This document shows positions 28,828 to 38,800 of a stretch of 64,000 nucleotides of DNA, piece by piece (the stretch's first letter is position 1; every line of letters starts with the position of its first letter). The notes under the pieces were generated by a model. It was given only the letters and a program-made list of their open reading frames with translations. It did not search any database and was not told the origin of the DNA. Origin of the DNA: Gemmatimonadota bacterium (GTDB taxonomy: Bacteria; Gemmatimonadota; Gemmatimonadetes; Palauibacterales; Palauibacteraceae); contig JBDHIO010000004.1 of the NCBI GenBank assembly GCA_039587355.1, positions 88,733-152,732 on the forward strand, in the 5' to 3' direction. The position numbers were made by a program, and so were the translations under genes.

Positions 28828-30288
28828 CTAATAGGCTTTTGCCCAGACGACCTCGTCCGTCGCGGCCTCGCCGCATACGAGACATGTCGCGGGTCGTTCA
28901 TCCGAACGGAACTCCTCGTCGGGCGCAACGCGAATGGTGACACTGGCATCGGTTTTCGCGCGTTCCGAACACGTCGGCGCTCCACACCACCCCGCGTATG
29001 CGAGGCCCGGCGACTCCTCGATCCAGACACGGAAGTCGTCGTACGAGTCGAATCCCCGGCGAGAACCGGCTTCACGGCGATCCCGGGACGCGGCGAGCAT
29101 GCTGGACTGGATCCCATCGAGCATCGAAGGGATCTCCGCGGCCACCGATTCGATCGACAGGCTGACCTTTCGATCCAGGCCATGCGTCAGAAACCGTCTG
29201 GCCACGACGACTTCCCCGCTCTCGATGTCTCTGGGGCCCAACTCGATCCGCAGCGGGACCCCTTTTCGCTCCCACTCGTAGAACTTTGCCCCCGGGTTCA
29301 TGTTGTCGCGCGAATCGAGCCGCACGCGAGCACCGGCGGCCGCGAGGCCGGCCTCGATCTCGGCCGCCGTCTCGAGGACCGTCGTCCGCTGATCGTCGTT
29401 CTTCCAGATCGGGACGATCACGACCTGGTGCGGCGCTAGACGCGGCGGAAGAACGAGGCCCTGGTCGTCGCCGTGCGTCATGATCAGTCCGCCGATCAAC
29501 CGCGTGGAAACGCCCCACGACGTGCTCCAGACGAAGTCGTGCTCGCCGTTTTCCGTTTGGAACTGCACGTCGAACGCGCGGGCGAAGTTCTGGCCCAGAT
29601 GGTGGCTCGTTCCCGCCTGCAACGCCTTCCCGTCCTTCATCAGAGCTTCGGTCGCGTAGGTGCGAACGGCCCCCGCGAAACGCTCGTCCGGCGTCTTCTC
29701 TCCGGTGATGACCGCGAGGCCCATGAACTCGTCCATGAAGGTGCGGTATACGCCCAGCATTCGGCGGGCTTCCTCCTCCGCCTCCGCGTCGGTAGCGTGC
29801 GCCGTGTGCCCCTCCTGCCAAAGAAACTCCGTCGTGCGGAGAAACGGCCGGGTCCTGAGTTCCCAGCGCACCACGTTCGCCCACTGGTTCAGGAGTACGG
29901 GGAGATCGCGGTACGACTGGATCCAGTCGGCGAGTATCGGCCAGATGATCGCTTCCGAAGTCGGACGCACGATCAACGGCTCGTCCAGTTCCTTCCCGCC
30001 CGCGTGGGTGACGACCGCGGTCTCAGGCGCGAACCCCTCGACGTGATCGGCCTCCCGGTCGAGAGCCGACTTGGGGAGGAACAACGGGAAGTAGGCGTTC
30101 TCGTGCCCGGTCGCCTTGAACATCTCGTCGAGACCGGCCTGGATCAGCTCCCAGATCCGGTATCCGTAGGGGCGGATGACCATGCACCCGCGGACCGAGG
30201 AGTGACTCGCCAGCTCCGCCGCCCGGACGACCTCGTTATACCACGCTGAGAAGTCCTCGGACTGAGGGGTCAAACCCTTTCGACTCAC
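28828..30288 (-). CDS. proS: Prolyl-tRNA synthetase, archaeal/eukaryotic type (class II, no INS editing domain, C-terminal Zn-binding domain)
   Basis: The conserved sequence begins [21 protein letters not shown] and ends CGAPTCS...CLVCGEA...VVWAKAY, the type-II ProRS C-terminal signature. GTG overlaps the hisS stop (GTGA). Confidence 0.88.
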   Translation of the reverse strand: MSRKGLTPQSEDFSAWYNEVVRAAELASHSSVRGCMVIRPYGYRIWELIQAGLDEMFKATGHENAYFPLFLPKSALDREADHVEGFAPETAVVTHAGGKELDEPLIVRPTSEAIIWPILADWIQSYRDLPVLLNQWANVVRWELRTRPFLRTTEFLWQEGHTAHATDAEAEEEARRMLGVYRTFMDEFMGLAVITGEKTPDERFAGAVRTYATEALMKDGKALQAGTSHHLGQNFARAFDVQFQTENGEHDFVWSTSWGVSTRLIGGLIMTHGDDQGLVLPPRLAPHQVVIVPIWKNDDQRTTVLETAAEIEAGLAAAGARVRLDSRDNMNPGAKFYEWERKGVPLRIELGPRDIESGEVVVARRFLTHGLDRKVSLSIESVAAEIPSMLDGIQSSMLAASRDRREAGSRRGFDSYDDFRVWIEESPGLAYAGWCGAPTCSERAKTDASVTIRVAPDEEFRSDERPATCLVCGEAATDEVVWAKAY

Positions 30289-31577
30289 GCGTCCCGCCCT
30301 CCCAGAAGGTCGCGGAGCGGGATCTCGGACTGGCCGCCGCTTCCCATCTCCCGCGCGAGCACGACCCCGCGCTCGAGCTCGTCGGGACCCACCACTACGG
30401 TCCTCGCGGCACCGAGCTGGTTCGCCGTCTTGAACTGCCTGCCTACCCCCCGCTCCTTCAGGTCGTAGACGACGCGACGCCCCGTCCGGCGCAGCGCGGC
30501 CCCGACGGCGAGTGCCGTCCCGCGGACGTCCGGACTCAGGCAAACGATGAAGTCGTCGATGCCGATCGCGTCGTCGGGGACGAGATCGAGATCTCTGAGC
30601 AGTTCTCCCAGCACGACGTCTCCCATGCCGAACCCCAGGGCCGGCAGATCCGGACCCCCGAGAGACGCCAGCAGGTCATCGTAGCGCCCGCCCCCGCACA
30701 CGGCGCGCAACTGACCGCTACGCTCCCAGACCTCGAAGACGGTCCCCGTGTAATACGCGAGCCCTCGAACGAGTCCCGCATCGAATCGCAGGAACTCCTC
30801 GAACCCCGCCGAGGAGAGGTGGGCGAGCACGGTCCCGACCGCCGCGGCCGCATCCGCGACCCGGACATCGCCCTCGTAGACCGCCTCCAGCTCCTCCAGT
30901 CCCATCTCCGGGAGGCGCAGGAGGCGATCTCTCGAGTCGTCCCCGACTCCCGCCTCGGACAGCCGTTCGGACAGCCACTCCTCGGACTCCCGATCCGCCT
31001 TGTCGAGCGCGGCGTACACCGCCGCGTGACCGTCGGTCGGGATTCCCTCGGCGACCAGCACCGCCGCGATCAGCCGTCGATCGGAGATACGGGCGACGAT
31101 GTGGTCCTCGTCCAGGCCGAGTTCTCTCAGGGAATCCAGGGCCGCGGCGATGATCTCCGCATCCGCCAGCGGATCGGACTCACCGACGATGTCCATGTTC
31201 AGCTGGAAGTGCTCGCGCAGGCGGCCCCGTTGTGGGCGCTCGTACCGGAAGAGCTGAGGGACGGAAAACCAGCGGATGGGCTTCGGAAGCCCGCCCGCCC
31301 GGGCGGAGATCATCCGGGCGAAGGTCGGCGTCATCTCGGGCCGTAGCGCTACCTGCCGCCCACCCTTGTCCGTGAAACCGTAGAGCTGACCTACGATCTC
31401 CTCGCCCGACTTCCGCGTATACAACTCGAGCGGCTCGAGCGGCGGTCCATCGTACTCGGAAAACCCGTACCGAGCCGCCACGCGACGCCACGCCGAGAAG
31501 ATATGGCGACGCAGCGCGAACTCGGACGGGAAGAACTCCCGGAAGCCCGGGAGGCTCTGAATGTCATCCGCGCTCAT
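30285..31577 (-). CDS. hisS: Histidyl-tRNA synthetase
   Basis: 430 aa with class II motifs (RYERPQRGRLREHFQLN) and an anticodon-binding domain. Confidence 0.95.
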   Translation of the reverse strand: MSADDIQSLPGFREFFPSEFALRRHIFSAWRRVAARYGFSEYDGPPLEPLELYTRKSGEEIVGQLYGFTDKGGRQVALRPEMTPTFARMISARAGGLPKPIRWFSVPQLFRYERPQRGRLREHFQLNMDIVGESDPLADAEIIAAALDSLRELGLDEDHIVARISDRRLIAAVLVAEGIPTDGHAAVYAALDKADRESEEWLSERLSEAGVGDDSRDRLLRLPEMGLEELEAVYEGDVRVADAAAAVGTVLAHLSSAGFEEFLRFDAGLVRGLAYYTGTVFEVWERSGQLRAVCGGGRYDDLLASLGGPDLPALGFGMGDVVLGELLRDLDLVPDDAIGIDDFIVCLSPDVRGTALAVGAALRRTGRRVVYDLKERGVGRQFKTANQLGAARTVVVGPDELERGVVLAREMGSGGQSEIPLRDLLGGRDA

Positions 31578-31609
31578 TCGTCGCTCCCGTCAGACCAGAC
31601 CGTCGGGTA

Positions 31610-32035
31610 CTACGCCGCGACGCAGAACTGGTCGAACGCCGACGTCAGGTCCCGCGCGATGTCCTCGGCTTCGCGACCTTCGATCTGGTGTCGCTCGAGC
31701 ATGAAGACGACCTCGCCATCTCGGAGCAGTCCGATAGCAGGAGACGACGGCCTGAAACCGGCCAAATACTGCCGAGCCCGTGCGGTCGCCTCGATGTCCT
31801 GGCCAGCGAACACCGTGACGGTGCGGTCGGGCTGCGCGGAGTGCTCCAGAGCGATGGCGACCGCCGGGCGGGCATTTCTCGCGGCACACCCGCAAACCGA
31901 GTTCACCACGATGAGCGACGTCCCCTCGCCGGCGCCGAGTGTCTCCTCGACCTCCTCCGCGCTTCGGAGCTCGTTGACCCCGATACGGGTGAGCTCGTCG
32001 CGCATCGGCTGTACAAGCATCGGATCGTATAGCAT
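31610..32035 (-). CDS. Bacilliredoxin-like thiol-disulfide oxidoreductase (DUF1094/YphP-YqiW family, CGC motif)
   Basis: 141 aa with the VNSVCGCAARNARP redox motif characteristic of BrxA/BrxB-type proteins. Confidence 0.65.
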   Translation of the reverse strand: MLYDPMLVQPMRDELTRIGVNELRSAEEVEETLGAGEGTSLIVVNSVCGCAARNARPAVAIALEHSAQPDRTVTVFAGQDIEATARARQYLAGFRPSSPAIGLLRDGEVVFMLERHQIEGREAEDIARDLTSAFDQFCVAA

Positions 32036-32054
32036 GCGTTCCTTCCTGTTCAGT

Positions 32055-33338
32055 TCATTCCACGGACAGCAGGCGGCGGGCTTCGCCCACCGTGTAGGCG
32101 GAACCGGTCACCAGCACGGTCCCATCCCGGCCGATCTCACGCGCCAATACGAGGGCAGCTTCGAGATCCTCCTCGACTCTGACATCGAAGAGATCCTCCG
32201 CCCCCTGTCGGGCCACCTCGGTGAGGTTCCACCGGCGGGACTTCGGAGCCGATCCCGGCTGGGTCAGGATGATAGCCTGTGTGTCAATACGCAGCATCCC
32301 GAGCATCCCGGACCAGGGCTTGTCCGCCAGAATCCCGGCGACCGCGACCCACGGCCGCGGCGCGCCCATCTCGTGGAGCGTGTCGATCACGACGTCGATC
32401 CCCTCGCGGTTGTGCGCGATGTCAAAAACCCAGGTCGTGTCGCCCTCCGGAATCACCTCGAAGCGTCCCGGGATGCGCGTCCCCTCGATGGCCCGCGACA
32501 CTACCGGATCGGGCAGGCTCAGCCCCATCGCCTCGAGCGCGAGCAGGGCGAGCCCCGCGTTGTGAGCCTGATGGCGTCCCACGAGCCCCGTACGGAGTTC
32601 CAGATCGCTTGCCCTCGCCTCCGAACGATAGAGAAACCGGGTCCCCCTCACGGAAACGTCGACATCCCACACGGAGGCCCGCTCGCCCAGCCGGGCGAAG
32701 GATGCCGCCCCGGCTCGACGAGCCGTATCCTCGAGCACCGGACCTGCAGGGGTCGGGATTTCGCCGATCACGGCAGGGACGCCCGGCTTGAAGATCCCGC
32801 CCTTCTCCGCAGCGATCGCCTGCAGGGTGCTCCCGAGAAGCTCCGCGTGATCGAGGCCGATCGTCGTGACGATCGCAACGCGCGGGGTGAGCACGTTGGT
32901 CGCGTCGAGGCGCCCCCCCAGGCCCGTCTCGACGACCGCCCAGTCGACGCCAGCCGCCCGGAAGACGGCGAATGCCAGCGCGGTCGCGCACTCGAAGTAG
33001 GTCGCCGGCCGGGCCTCCGTCAGTGCGAGCATCTCCGCCGCGACGGCCTGAATGACGTCTTCGCCTGCTGGCGCGCCGTCGACAACGAAGCGTTCACGGA
33101 TGTCATCGAGGTGCGGTGACGTGTACATCCCGACCCGATGCCCCGACTCCACGAGCAATGCGCTCAGGAAGGCGGCCGTCGACCCTTTTCCATTCGTTCC
33201 GGCGATGTGGACGGACTCGAACGAGTCCTGTGGGTTTCCGAGCGCCTCGAGGAGGGCCTCGATGCGTTCGAACCCCCACTTCATCGCCCCCATCGGTCGG
33301 TCGTCGAAGAGCCTTTCCAGAGCGTCTCTTTCAGGCAC
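32055..33338 (-). CDS. folC: Dihydrofolate synthase/folylpolyglutamate synthase
   Basis: 427 aa with a Mur-ligase fold and HIAGTNGKGST P-loop. Confidence 0.9.
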   Translation of the reverse strand: MPERDALERLFDDRPMGAMKWGFERIEALLEALGNPQDSFESVHIAGTNGKGSTAAFLSALLVESGHRVGMYTSPHLDDIRERFVVDGAPAGEDVIQAVAAEMLALTEARPATYFECATALAFAVFRAAGVDWAVVETGLGGRLDATNVLTPRVAIVTTIGLDHAELLGSTLQAIAAEKGGIFKPGVPAVIGEIPTPAGPVLEDTARRAGAASFARLGERASVWDVDVSVRGTRFLYRSEARASDLELRTGLVGRHQAHNAGLALLALEAMGLSLPDPVVSRAIEGTRIPGRFEVIPEGDTTWVFDIAHNREGIDVVIDTLHEMGAPRPWVAVAGILADKPWSGMLGMLRIDTQAIILTQPGSAPKSRRWNLTEVARQGAEDLFDVRVEEDLEAALVLAREIGRDGTVLVTGSAYTVGEARRLLSVE

Positions 33339-33345
33339 GCCCGGG

Positions 33346-34182
33346 TCAGGACATGTGCGAGAGCAGGCTCGCGACGGCCCCGCGGAGCTGGGGACGGGGG
33401 ACGATGCGATCGACCATCCCGTGCGCCTCGAGGAACTCTGCCCGCTGGAACCCCTCGGGGAGGTCCTGGCGAATCGTCTCCTTGATCACGCGCGGCCCTG
33501 CGAAACCGACGAGCGCCCCCGGCTCGGCGAGGATGATGTCGCCCAGCATCGCGTACGACGCGGTCACCCCGCCCGTGGTCGGGTTCGTGAGGATGGAGAT
33601 GTACGGTAGCCTGGCCTCGGACAACTGCTCGAGAGCCGCGGACGTTTTCGCCATCTGCATGAGCGAGAGGATCCCCTCCTGCATGCGCGCGCCGCCCGAT
33701 GCCGAGATCAGAATGAGCGGGGTCTGTGCCACGATCGCCCGTTCGGCGAGACGCCGGATCTTCTCTCCGACCACGGAACCCATGGAGCCGCCGATGAACC
33801 GAAAGTCCATCGTACCCAGGTGGACCGGCTGGCCCGCGATTCGGCCGCGACAGGTCCGGATTGCATCGCGCGTACCCCCACGCGCCTCGGCCTGGGCAAT
33901 CCGGTCGGCGTACCGCTTCGAGTCCGTGAAATTCAGCGGGTCGGTGGAACGGAGGGTCTCATCGAAGTGCTCGTCCGGCTGCCCGGAATCGAGCAGCAGG
34001 GCCTCGTACGACTCCGCGGTGATCCTGAAGTGGTGCCCGCAATCAGGGCAGACGTGGAAGTTCTCTTCCAGCCGTCCGCTATAGAGGATCTCCCCGCAGC
34101 CATCGCACTTGTCCCACATGTCGCCGGGAAGATCCCGCTTCTGCGAGACGAGTTTCTGCTTCGGCTTCTTGAACCAGGACAC
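33346..34182 (-). CDS. accD: Acetyl-CoA carboxylase carboxyltransferase beta subunit
   Basis: GTG start gives VSWFKKPKQ... plus a Zn ribbon CDGCGEILY...CPDCGHH and the carboxyltransferase domain. GGAGGG SD 4 nt upstream. The track ORF extension to 34323 is rejected. Confidence 0.9.
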   Translation of the reverse strand: MSWFKKPKQKLVSQKRDLPGDMWDKCDGCGEILYSGRLEENFHVCPDCGHHFRITAESYEALLLDSGQPDEHFDETLRSTDPLNFTDSKRYADRIAQAEARGGTRDAIRTCRGRIAGQPVHLGTMDFRFIGGSMGSVVGEKIRRLAERAIVAQTPLILISASGGARMQEGILSLMQMAKTSAALEQLSEARLPYISILTNPTTGGVTASYAMLGDIILAEPGALVGFAGPRVIKETIRQDLPEGFQRAEFLEAHGMVDRIVPRPQLRGAVASLLSHMS

Positions 34183-34252
34183 ATACCCTCCGAATTCGAC
34201 CGGTACCCCGCCCGTCACGAAGCCGTGAATATACGGCGTTCGGACGGCGGGG

Positions 34253-35479
34253 TCAGGGTTCGGCTGCGACTCGCTGGACCACGCCGAATCCGGCATACAG
34301 CAGGAGCAGGAAGCTGCCGCCATAACTGATCAGGGGAAGGGGGAGCCCCGTGATAGGCATGAGGCCGACGGTCATGCCGAGGTTCACTACGAGGTGGGCA
34401 AACAGCACGGCGAAGATGCAGAACGTCACCGTGCTGCCGAAGTCGTCGGCGGATTCGATCGCGATCTTCAGCACCCTCCACAACAGCAATCCGAAAAGGG
34501 CGAGGAAGACCCCGACGCCCAGGAACCCCAGTTCCTCGCCGACGACGGAGAAGATGAAGTCCGTGTGCTGCTCGGGGAGAAACGCGAGCCGCTTCTGCGG
34601 CCCGCCCGCGAACCCCTGCCCGAACATGCCGCCGGACCCGATCGAGACCTTCGACTGGATCATGTGCCAGCCGGCCCCCCGCGGGTCGATCTCCGGATCG
34701 AGGAACACCACGAGCCGGTTCTGCTGGTACGGAGCCAGACTGTTCCATAACGGGATCGTGAGCGCTCCCGCCGCGAAGTTCGCGAGGATGACGCCGACGG
34801 ACTCGACGATGAACGGACGGTGGAAGTACAGCACCACCGCAATCACGATGAACCAGGCGCCCCAGACGAATCCGTTGAAGCCCAGGATCAGCGAGACGGC
34901 CGGGCTCACGAGGAGGAAGATCTTCATGTGCGGGACCCCCGCCCAAAAGAGCGCCGCAATGAGGATCACGCCGAAGATGAGTGCGCTCCCCAGGTCCGGC
35001 TGGCGCAACACGAGCGCGAAGGGAACGAGCACTATCGCGACGGGTCTCCACAGCTGCGACAGCCCCTGGAACTCCTGGTCCTTCCCGCCGAGAGATCTGG
35101 CGAGCATGAAGATCGTTCCGAGCTTCGCGACCTCGGCCGGTTGAAGGCGACCGGGCCCGAGTTCCAGCCAGCTGCCATTCGGCCCGGTCCCGATGAAGAG
35201 GACGACGACCAGTAGAACGAGGGAGGCCCCGTACAACCATGGTGCCACCCATTCGATGAAGCGGGGGGGCACCCGCGAAGCGGTGGCGAACGCGACGAGC
35301 GCCACCCCCAGCCAAACGAGTTGTCGCACCCAGATTCCGGTCGCGACGGATCGGACCTCGACCTGACCGGCGGAATAGATCATCGCGATGCCCAGGCCGG
35401 TCATCAGAAACACGAGCCCCAGCAGCGCGGGGTCACCGAGCCCCGGGATACGTCGGATCCAGTTCAGCCGCTCATCCAC
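34253..35479 (-). CDS. rodA: Rod shape-determining SEDS protein RodA
   Basis: 408 aa, FtsW/RodA/SpoVE family polytopic membrane protein. Its start overlaps the mrdA stop by 8 nt. Confidence 0.88.
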   Translation of the reverse strand: MDERLNWIRRIPGLGDPALLGLVFLMTGLGIAMIYSAGQVEVRSVATGIWVRQLVWLGVALVAFATASRVPPRFIEWVAPWLYGASLVLLVVVLFIGTGPNGSWLELGPGRLQPAEVAKLGTIFMLARSLGGKDQEFQGLSQLWRPVAIVLVPFALVLRQPDLGSALIFGVILIAALFWAGVPHMKIFLLVSPAVSLILGFNGFVWGAWFIVIAVVLYFHRPFIVESVGVILANFAAGALTIPLWNSLAPYQQNRLVVFLDPEIDPRGAGWHMIQSKVSIGSGGMFGQGFAGGPQKRLAFLPEQHTDFIFSVVGEELGFLGVGVFLALFGLLLWRVLKIAIESADDFGSTVTFCIFAVLFAHLVVNLGMTVGLMPITGLPLPLISYGGSFLLLLYAGFGVVQRVAAEP

Positions 35480-37319
35480 CGCCGGCCCCCGTTCCGCTGG
35501 ACGGAGCGGAGGCGACTATCGGCTCCCGTCCGGGGTCCGTCGGCTGACCGATCCCTGTCAGGTGCCTCTCCATGATCCCGAGGGCGTACGGCACCGCCAG
35601 GGACACGGTCCCGTCCGGGTGCCCCTCCTCGACGATCGCCGCGATGACGATCTTCGGGTCGTGCGCGGGAGCGAAGCCCACGAACCACGAGTGTGGGGCC
35701 CCCATGCTGTTCTGAGCCGTCCCGGTCTTGCCGGCGGCGTCCCAGCGCTCGATCCGATACGGATAGGCGGTCCCGCGCTCCTCGTTTACCACCGTCCGCA
35801 TCGCTTCGACGAGTTCTTTGCGCTGGCCTTCGGAGATGCCCAGCGCCCAATCCATCCGTTGCCCGGAGAGATTCTCATCTCTCGCGAGATGCGGACGGAC
35901 CGGCGGTTCGCCGTTCGCGAGAGCCGAATAAAACGAGGCCATCCGGAGGAGACTCTGCGAGTTCTCTCCCTGCCCGATCGACAGATTCCACACGACAGAC
36001 TCGGTCCAGCCACGTCGACCATACCGGGCATCGAAGTACTCGCGGGATTCGGGAAAACGGCCTCCGATCTCGAACGGCAGATCGATCCCCGTGCGCTCCC
36101 CGAAACCGAGGTCCGGAACCTGCGACATCATCGCGTCGAGCCCGATCCGGTCGCCCGCTTGATAGAAGTAGACGTTGCAGGACCCCTTGATCGCACCCGC
36201 GAGATCCGTGGAGCGATGTCCCGCGGCATTCCAGCATGCGAAGAAGCGGTTTCCATACGTCAGGCCGCCAGAGCAGGAATGCTGCATGTACGTACCGATC
36301 GAGAGGGCCCCGGTACGCATCCCGATCGCCGACATGACGAGCTTCCAGGTCGACCCCGGCGGGTAGGACGCGGTGCTGACCCGGTTGAACATCGGCTGAT
36401 CGGGGTCCGCTTGAAGCTCGTTCCAGAGATCGAACGGAATCCCGCCGATGAACTCGTTCGGGTCGAACGTGGGGTGGCTGTAGAAAGTCAGTACCTCGCC
36501 GGTCGCCGGGTCCAGCGCCACCACCCCGCCCCGCATCGAATCGGGGAACGTCTCGCGGGCCAGCGCCTGCAACTCGAGATCGATCCCAAGGTAGAGATCC
36601 TCTCCGGGGATCGCCGGCTGACCGCGTCCGATGTCGAAGTCGCGGATGATCGACCCGAGCGCATTCACCTCCACGTACCTCACTCCGGGCGTGCCCGCGA
36701 GCGACGCTTCGTACTGGAGCTCGAGGCCCGACTTGCCGATGACCCGGCCCGACTCGTAGCCCTCCCAGCGCTCCTGAAGGAGTTCCTGCTCCGAGATCTG
36801 GCTCACGTATCCGATGAAGTGCGCGGTGGCCGGTCCCATGGGATAGTGTCGGCGCGGGCGGGACTCGACGACGACTCGCCGGAATTCGGGTCGGCGTTCC
36901 TCGACGAACGACACTTGCTCGAACGCGGCGTTGTCCCGGACCACCAGGGGTTCGTTGGGCCGTTGCCGCTGCTGGACCAGGAGCCGCTCGCGCCGCTCCG
37001 GGGAGATAGCGAGTGGCCCCGACAGTCGATCGATCGTCGCCTCGATCGTGTCCCTCGGCCCGGGGAGGATCGAGATGACGTATCCGGGCACGTTCTCCGC
37101 CACGACCAGGCCGTTGCGATCGTAGATCGTCCCGCGGGGGGCCGGCACCGTGATGGCCCGCAGTCGGTTCTCTTCCGACCGGAGGACGTACTGGTCACCG
37201 GAGATGATCTGAAGCCGAAAGAACGCACCAGCGAGGATGGCGAGCGTCCCGAGCACGAGCATGAGGGCGATGCGCCCGCGCTCGCGTCGCAACTGGACCT
37301 TCTGGCTGTCCATCAGCAT
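35472..37319 (-). CDS. mrdA: Penicillin-binding protein 2 (peptidoglycan D,D-transpeptidase)
   Basis: 615 aa. N-terminal TM, PBP dimerisation domain, and transpeptidase motifs STWK, SCN and KTGT. Confidence 0.9.
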   Translation of the reverse strand: MLMDSQKVQLRRERGRIALMLVLGTLAILAGAFFRLQIISGDQYVLRSEENRLRAITVPAPRGTIYDRNGLVVAENVPGYVISILPGPRDTIEATIDRLSGPLAISPERRERLLVQQRQRPNEPLVVRDNAAFEQVSFVEERRPEFRRVVVESRPRRHYPMGPATAHFIGYVSQISEQELLQERWEGYESGRVIGKSGLELQYEASLAGTPGVRYVEVNALGSIIRDFDIGRGQPAIPGEDLYLGIDLELQALARETFPDSMRGGVVALDPATGEVLTFYSHPTFDPNEFIGGIPFDLWNELQADPDQPMFNRVSTASYPPGSTWKLVMSAIGMRTGALSIGTYMQHSCSGGLTYGNRFFACWNAAGHRSTDLAGAIKGSCNVYFYQAGDRIGLDAMMSQVPDLGFGERTGIDLPFEIGGRFPESREYFDARYGRRGWTESVVWNLSIGQGENSQSLLRMASFYSALANGEPPVRPHLARDENLSGQRMDWALGISEGQRKELVEAMRTVVNEERGTAYPYRIERWDAAGKTGTAQNSMGAPHSWFVGFAPAHDPKIVIAAIVEEGHPDGTVSLAVPYALGIMERHLTGIGQPTDPGREPIVASAPSSGTGAGGG

Positions 37320-37337
37320 CGTGGCGTACCTCGCGGA

Positions 37338-37796
37338 TCAGGCAACGAAGAAAGCTACGAACTTCTCGGACGCCCAGCAGAGCACGGCCGTCAGACCCGC
37401 CGATATCGGAGAGTAGATCAGGGCGCTCTCGATGGAGACGCCTCCACCGATCAGGCCGAGGAGGATCTGCACCACGAAGACTCCGACGACGAGGAACGCC
37501 GGAATGAACCGGGCGGAATCGGAGTAGAACACGTCGCGCAGCCACGATCCCGCATACCCCGTCGCCGCGAGGAGCAACATCGTCGGTCCGAGCGGCCCCA
37601 GCGACATCGACGCCTCGAGAAGACCGAGCACGAACCCCAGCGCCGCCGCGCGGCTTGCCCGTAGCCCGAGCGAGCCCAGGAGGAGCCCGCCGAGCAAGAG
37701 GTCCGGGCCCGCGACCCAGCCCGTCCATAGCGGGTGAAGCGCGAAGTGAAAGAGAAGCAGCAGTCCGATCACCACCCAGCCGCGGCGGCTCCTCAT
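37338..37796 (-). CDS. mreD: Rod shape-determining protein MreD
   Basis: 152 aa, small polytopic membrane protein directly after mreC (ATGA overlap), in canonical mreBCD order. Confidence 0.7.
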   Translation of the reverse strand: MRSRRGWVVIGLLLLFHFALHPLWTGWVAGPDLLLGGLLLGSLGLRASRAAALGFVLGLLEASMSLGPLGPTMLLLAATGYAGSWLRDVFYSDSARFIPAFLVVGVFVVQILLGLIGGGVSIESALIYSPISAGLTAVLCWASEKFVAFFVA

Positions 37797-38728
37797 GCGT
37801 CGGGCCCCGCGCCGGTCGAATCCGGCGGCGTCTCAACCGCGGCCGGCGCAGGTATCTCGTCGACCGAATCGGCGACCGGAGGCGGGGGCTCGTACGTGGC
37901 GACCGACATGAGGCTGTCGAGCGACGGCCGGTCCCAGGCGAGCACGACGCTGGTCTCGGCCGGAAGCACCGCGGGTTCGACGTAGTAGCTCTTCATCCAC
38001 CCGGCTTCCTCCGACGCGAGCTCACGTACGACGCCGACCGGGATCCCCGGCGGATATACGCCCGCGATGCCCGTCGTCACCAGCCCGGTGCCGGCGGGGA
38101 TATCGCCCTGAAACGGCGCCCCTTCGAGAAGCAGGATCGTCTGCCCCTCGTCGCGGATCACGGGTCGCGCGATCCCCGACACCGACCCGTCCTGGGTGAC
38201 CACGCTCACCCGGAAGTCCGTGTGGCTCCAGAACTCGCCCCGCGCGCCGGAACCGTGTGGAGCGCGCGCCACTCCGACCAGTCCGCGTCCCGTGAACACT
38301 CCCACCGGGAAGTCCAGATCCGCCAGCCGGGTGCCCCGCAGGACGAAGACGTCCGGGTCACCAATCCGCGGACGCCCGGCGTAGACCTCGGCGGCCCGGA
38401 CCGTCCCCAGCTCGGGATCCGCGAGGCCGGACAGGTCTCTGAGCTCGCTCGACTGCTCGGCGACGGCGCGGAAGCGAGCCATCGCGGTCACGAGGCTGTC
38501 GCGTTCCTCCTGAAGAGCCGCGGCGCGTCGTCCCACCGCGGAGCGTTCCGCCGAAGCCCGATGCAGTTGAATGACGGGAAACAGGATGGTGGCGCGTACG
38601 ACCGCCTCTACCTGGCTCTGGCGAGCGCGGGACAGCGACGAGGCAAGGCTTCCGAGGAGGAGAAGCGTGATGATCAGTGCCAGATCGCCCCGCCTGCGGC
38701 CCGAGCGACGTCCACCGGGGAGGGTCAC
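37793..38728 (-). CDS. mreC: Rod shape-determining protein MreC
   Basis: 311 aa. N-terminal TM, coiled coil, then MreC beta-domains (GIPVGVV). Confidence 0.85.
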   Translation of the reverse strand: MTLPGGRRSGRRRGDLALIITLLLLGSLASSLSRARQSQVEAVVRATILFPVIQLHRASAERSAVGRRAAALQEERDSLVTAMARFRAVAEQSSELRDLSGLADPELGTVRAAEVYAGRPRIGDPDVFVLRGTRLADLDFPVGVFTGRGLVGVARAPHGSGARGEFWSHTDFRVSVVTQDGSVSGIARPVIRDEGQTILLLEGAPFQGDIPAGTGLVTTGIAGVYPPGIPVGVVRELASEEAGWMKSYYVEPAVLPAETSVVLAWDRPSLDSLMSVATYEPPPPVADSVDEIPAPAAVETPPDSTGAGPDA

Positions 38729-38800
38729 CCGCGACGGGTCCCTTGGGAGCCCGTTCGGGATCGTGCCGCGCGCTCGGCCGTCACCCGGCCGAACCGACTG

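Noticed and set aside
27249-29183. Long N-terminal extensions in the six-frame track (guaA 27249-29183, proS to 30543, ribF to 46837, truB to 47337, pnp to 44662, nusA to 52430, pcrA to 58174, HK to 59576, yfiH to 54551, hsp20 to 21654, accD to 34323, rbfA to 47767).
   Set aside because: The extensions are Arg-rich, not conserved in the families, and overlap upstream genes. Internal ATG, GTG or TTG starts with SDs, or NTGA overlaps, explain the true N-termini.
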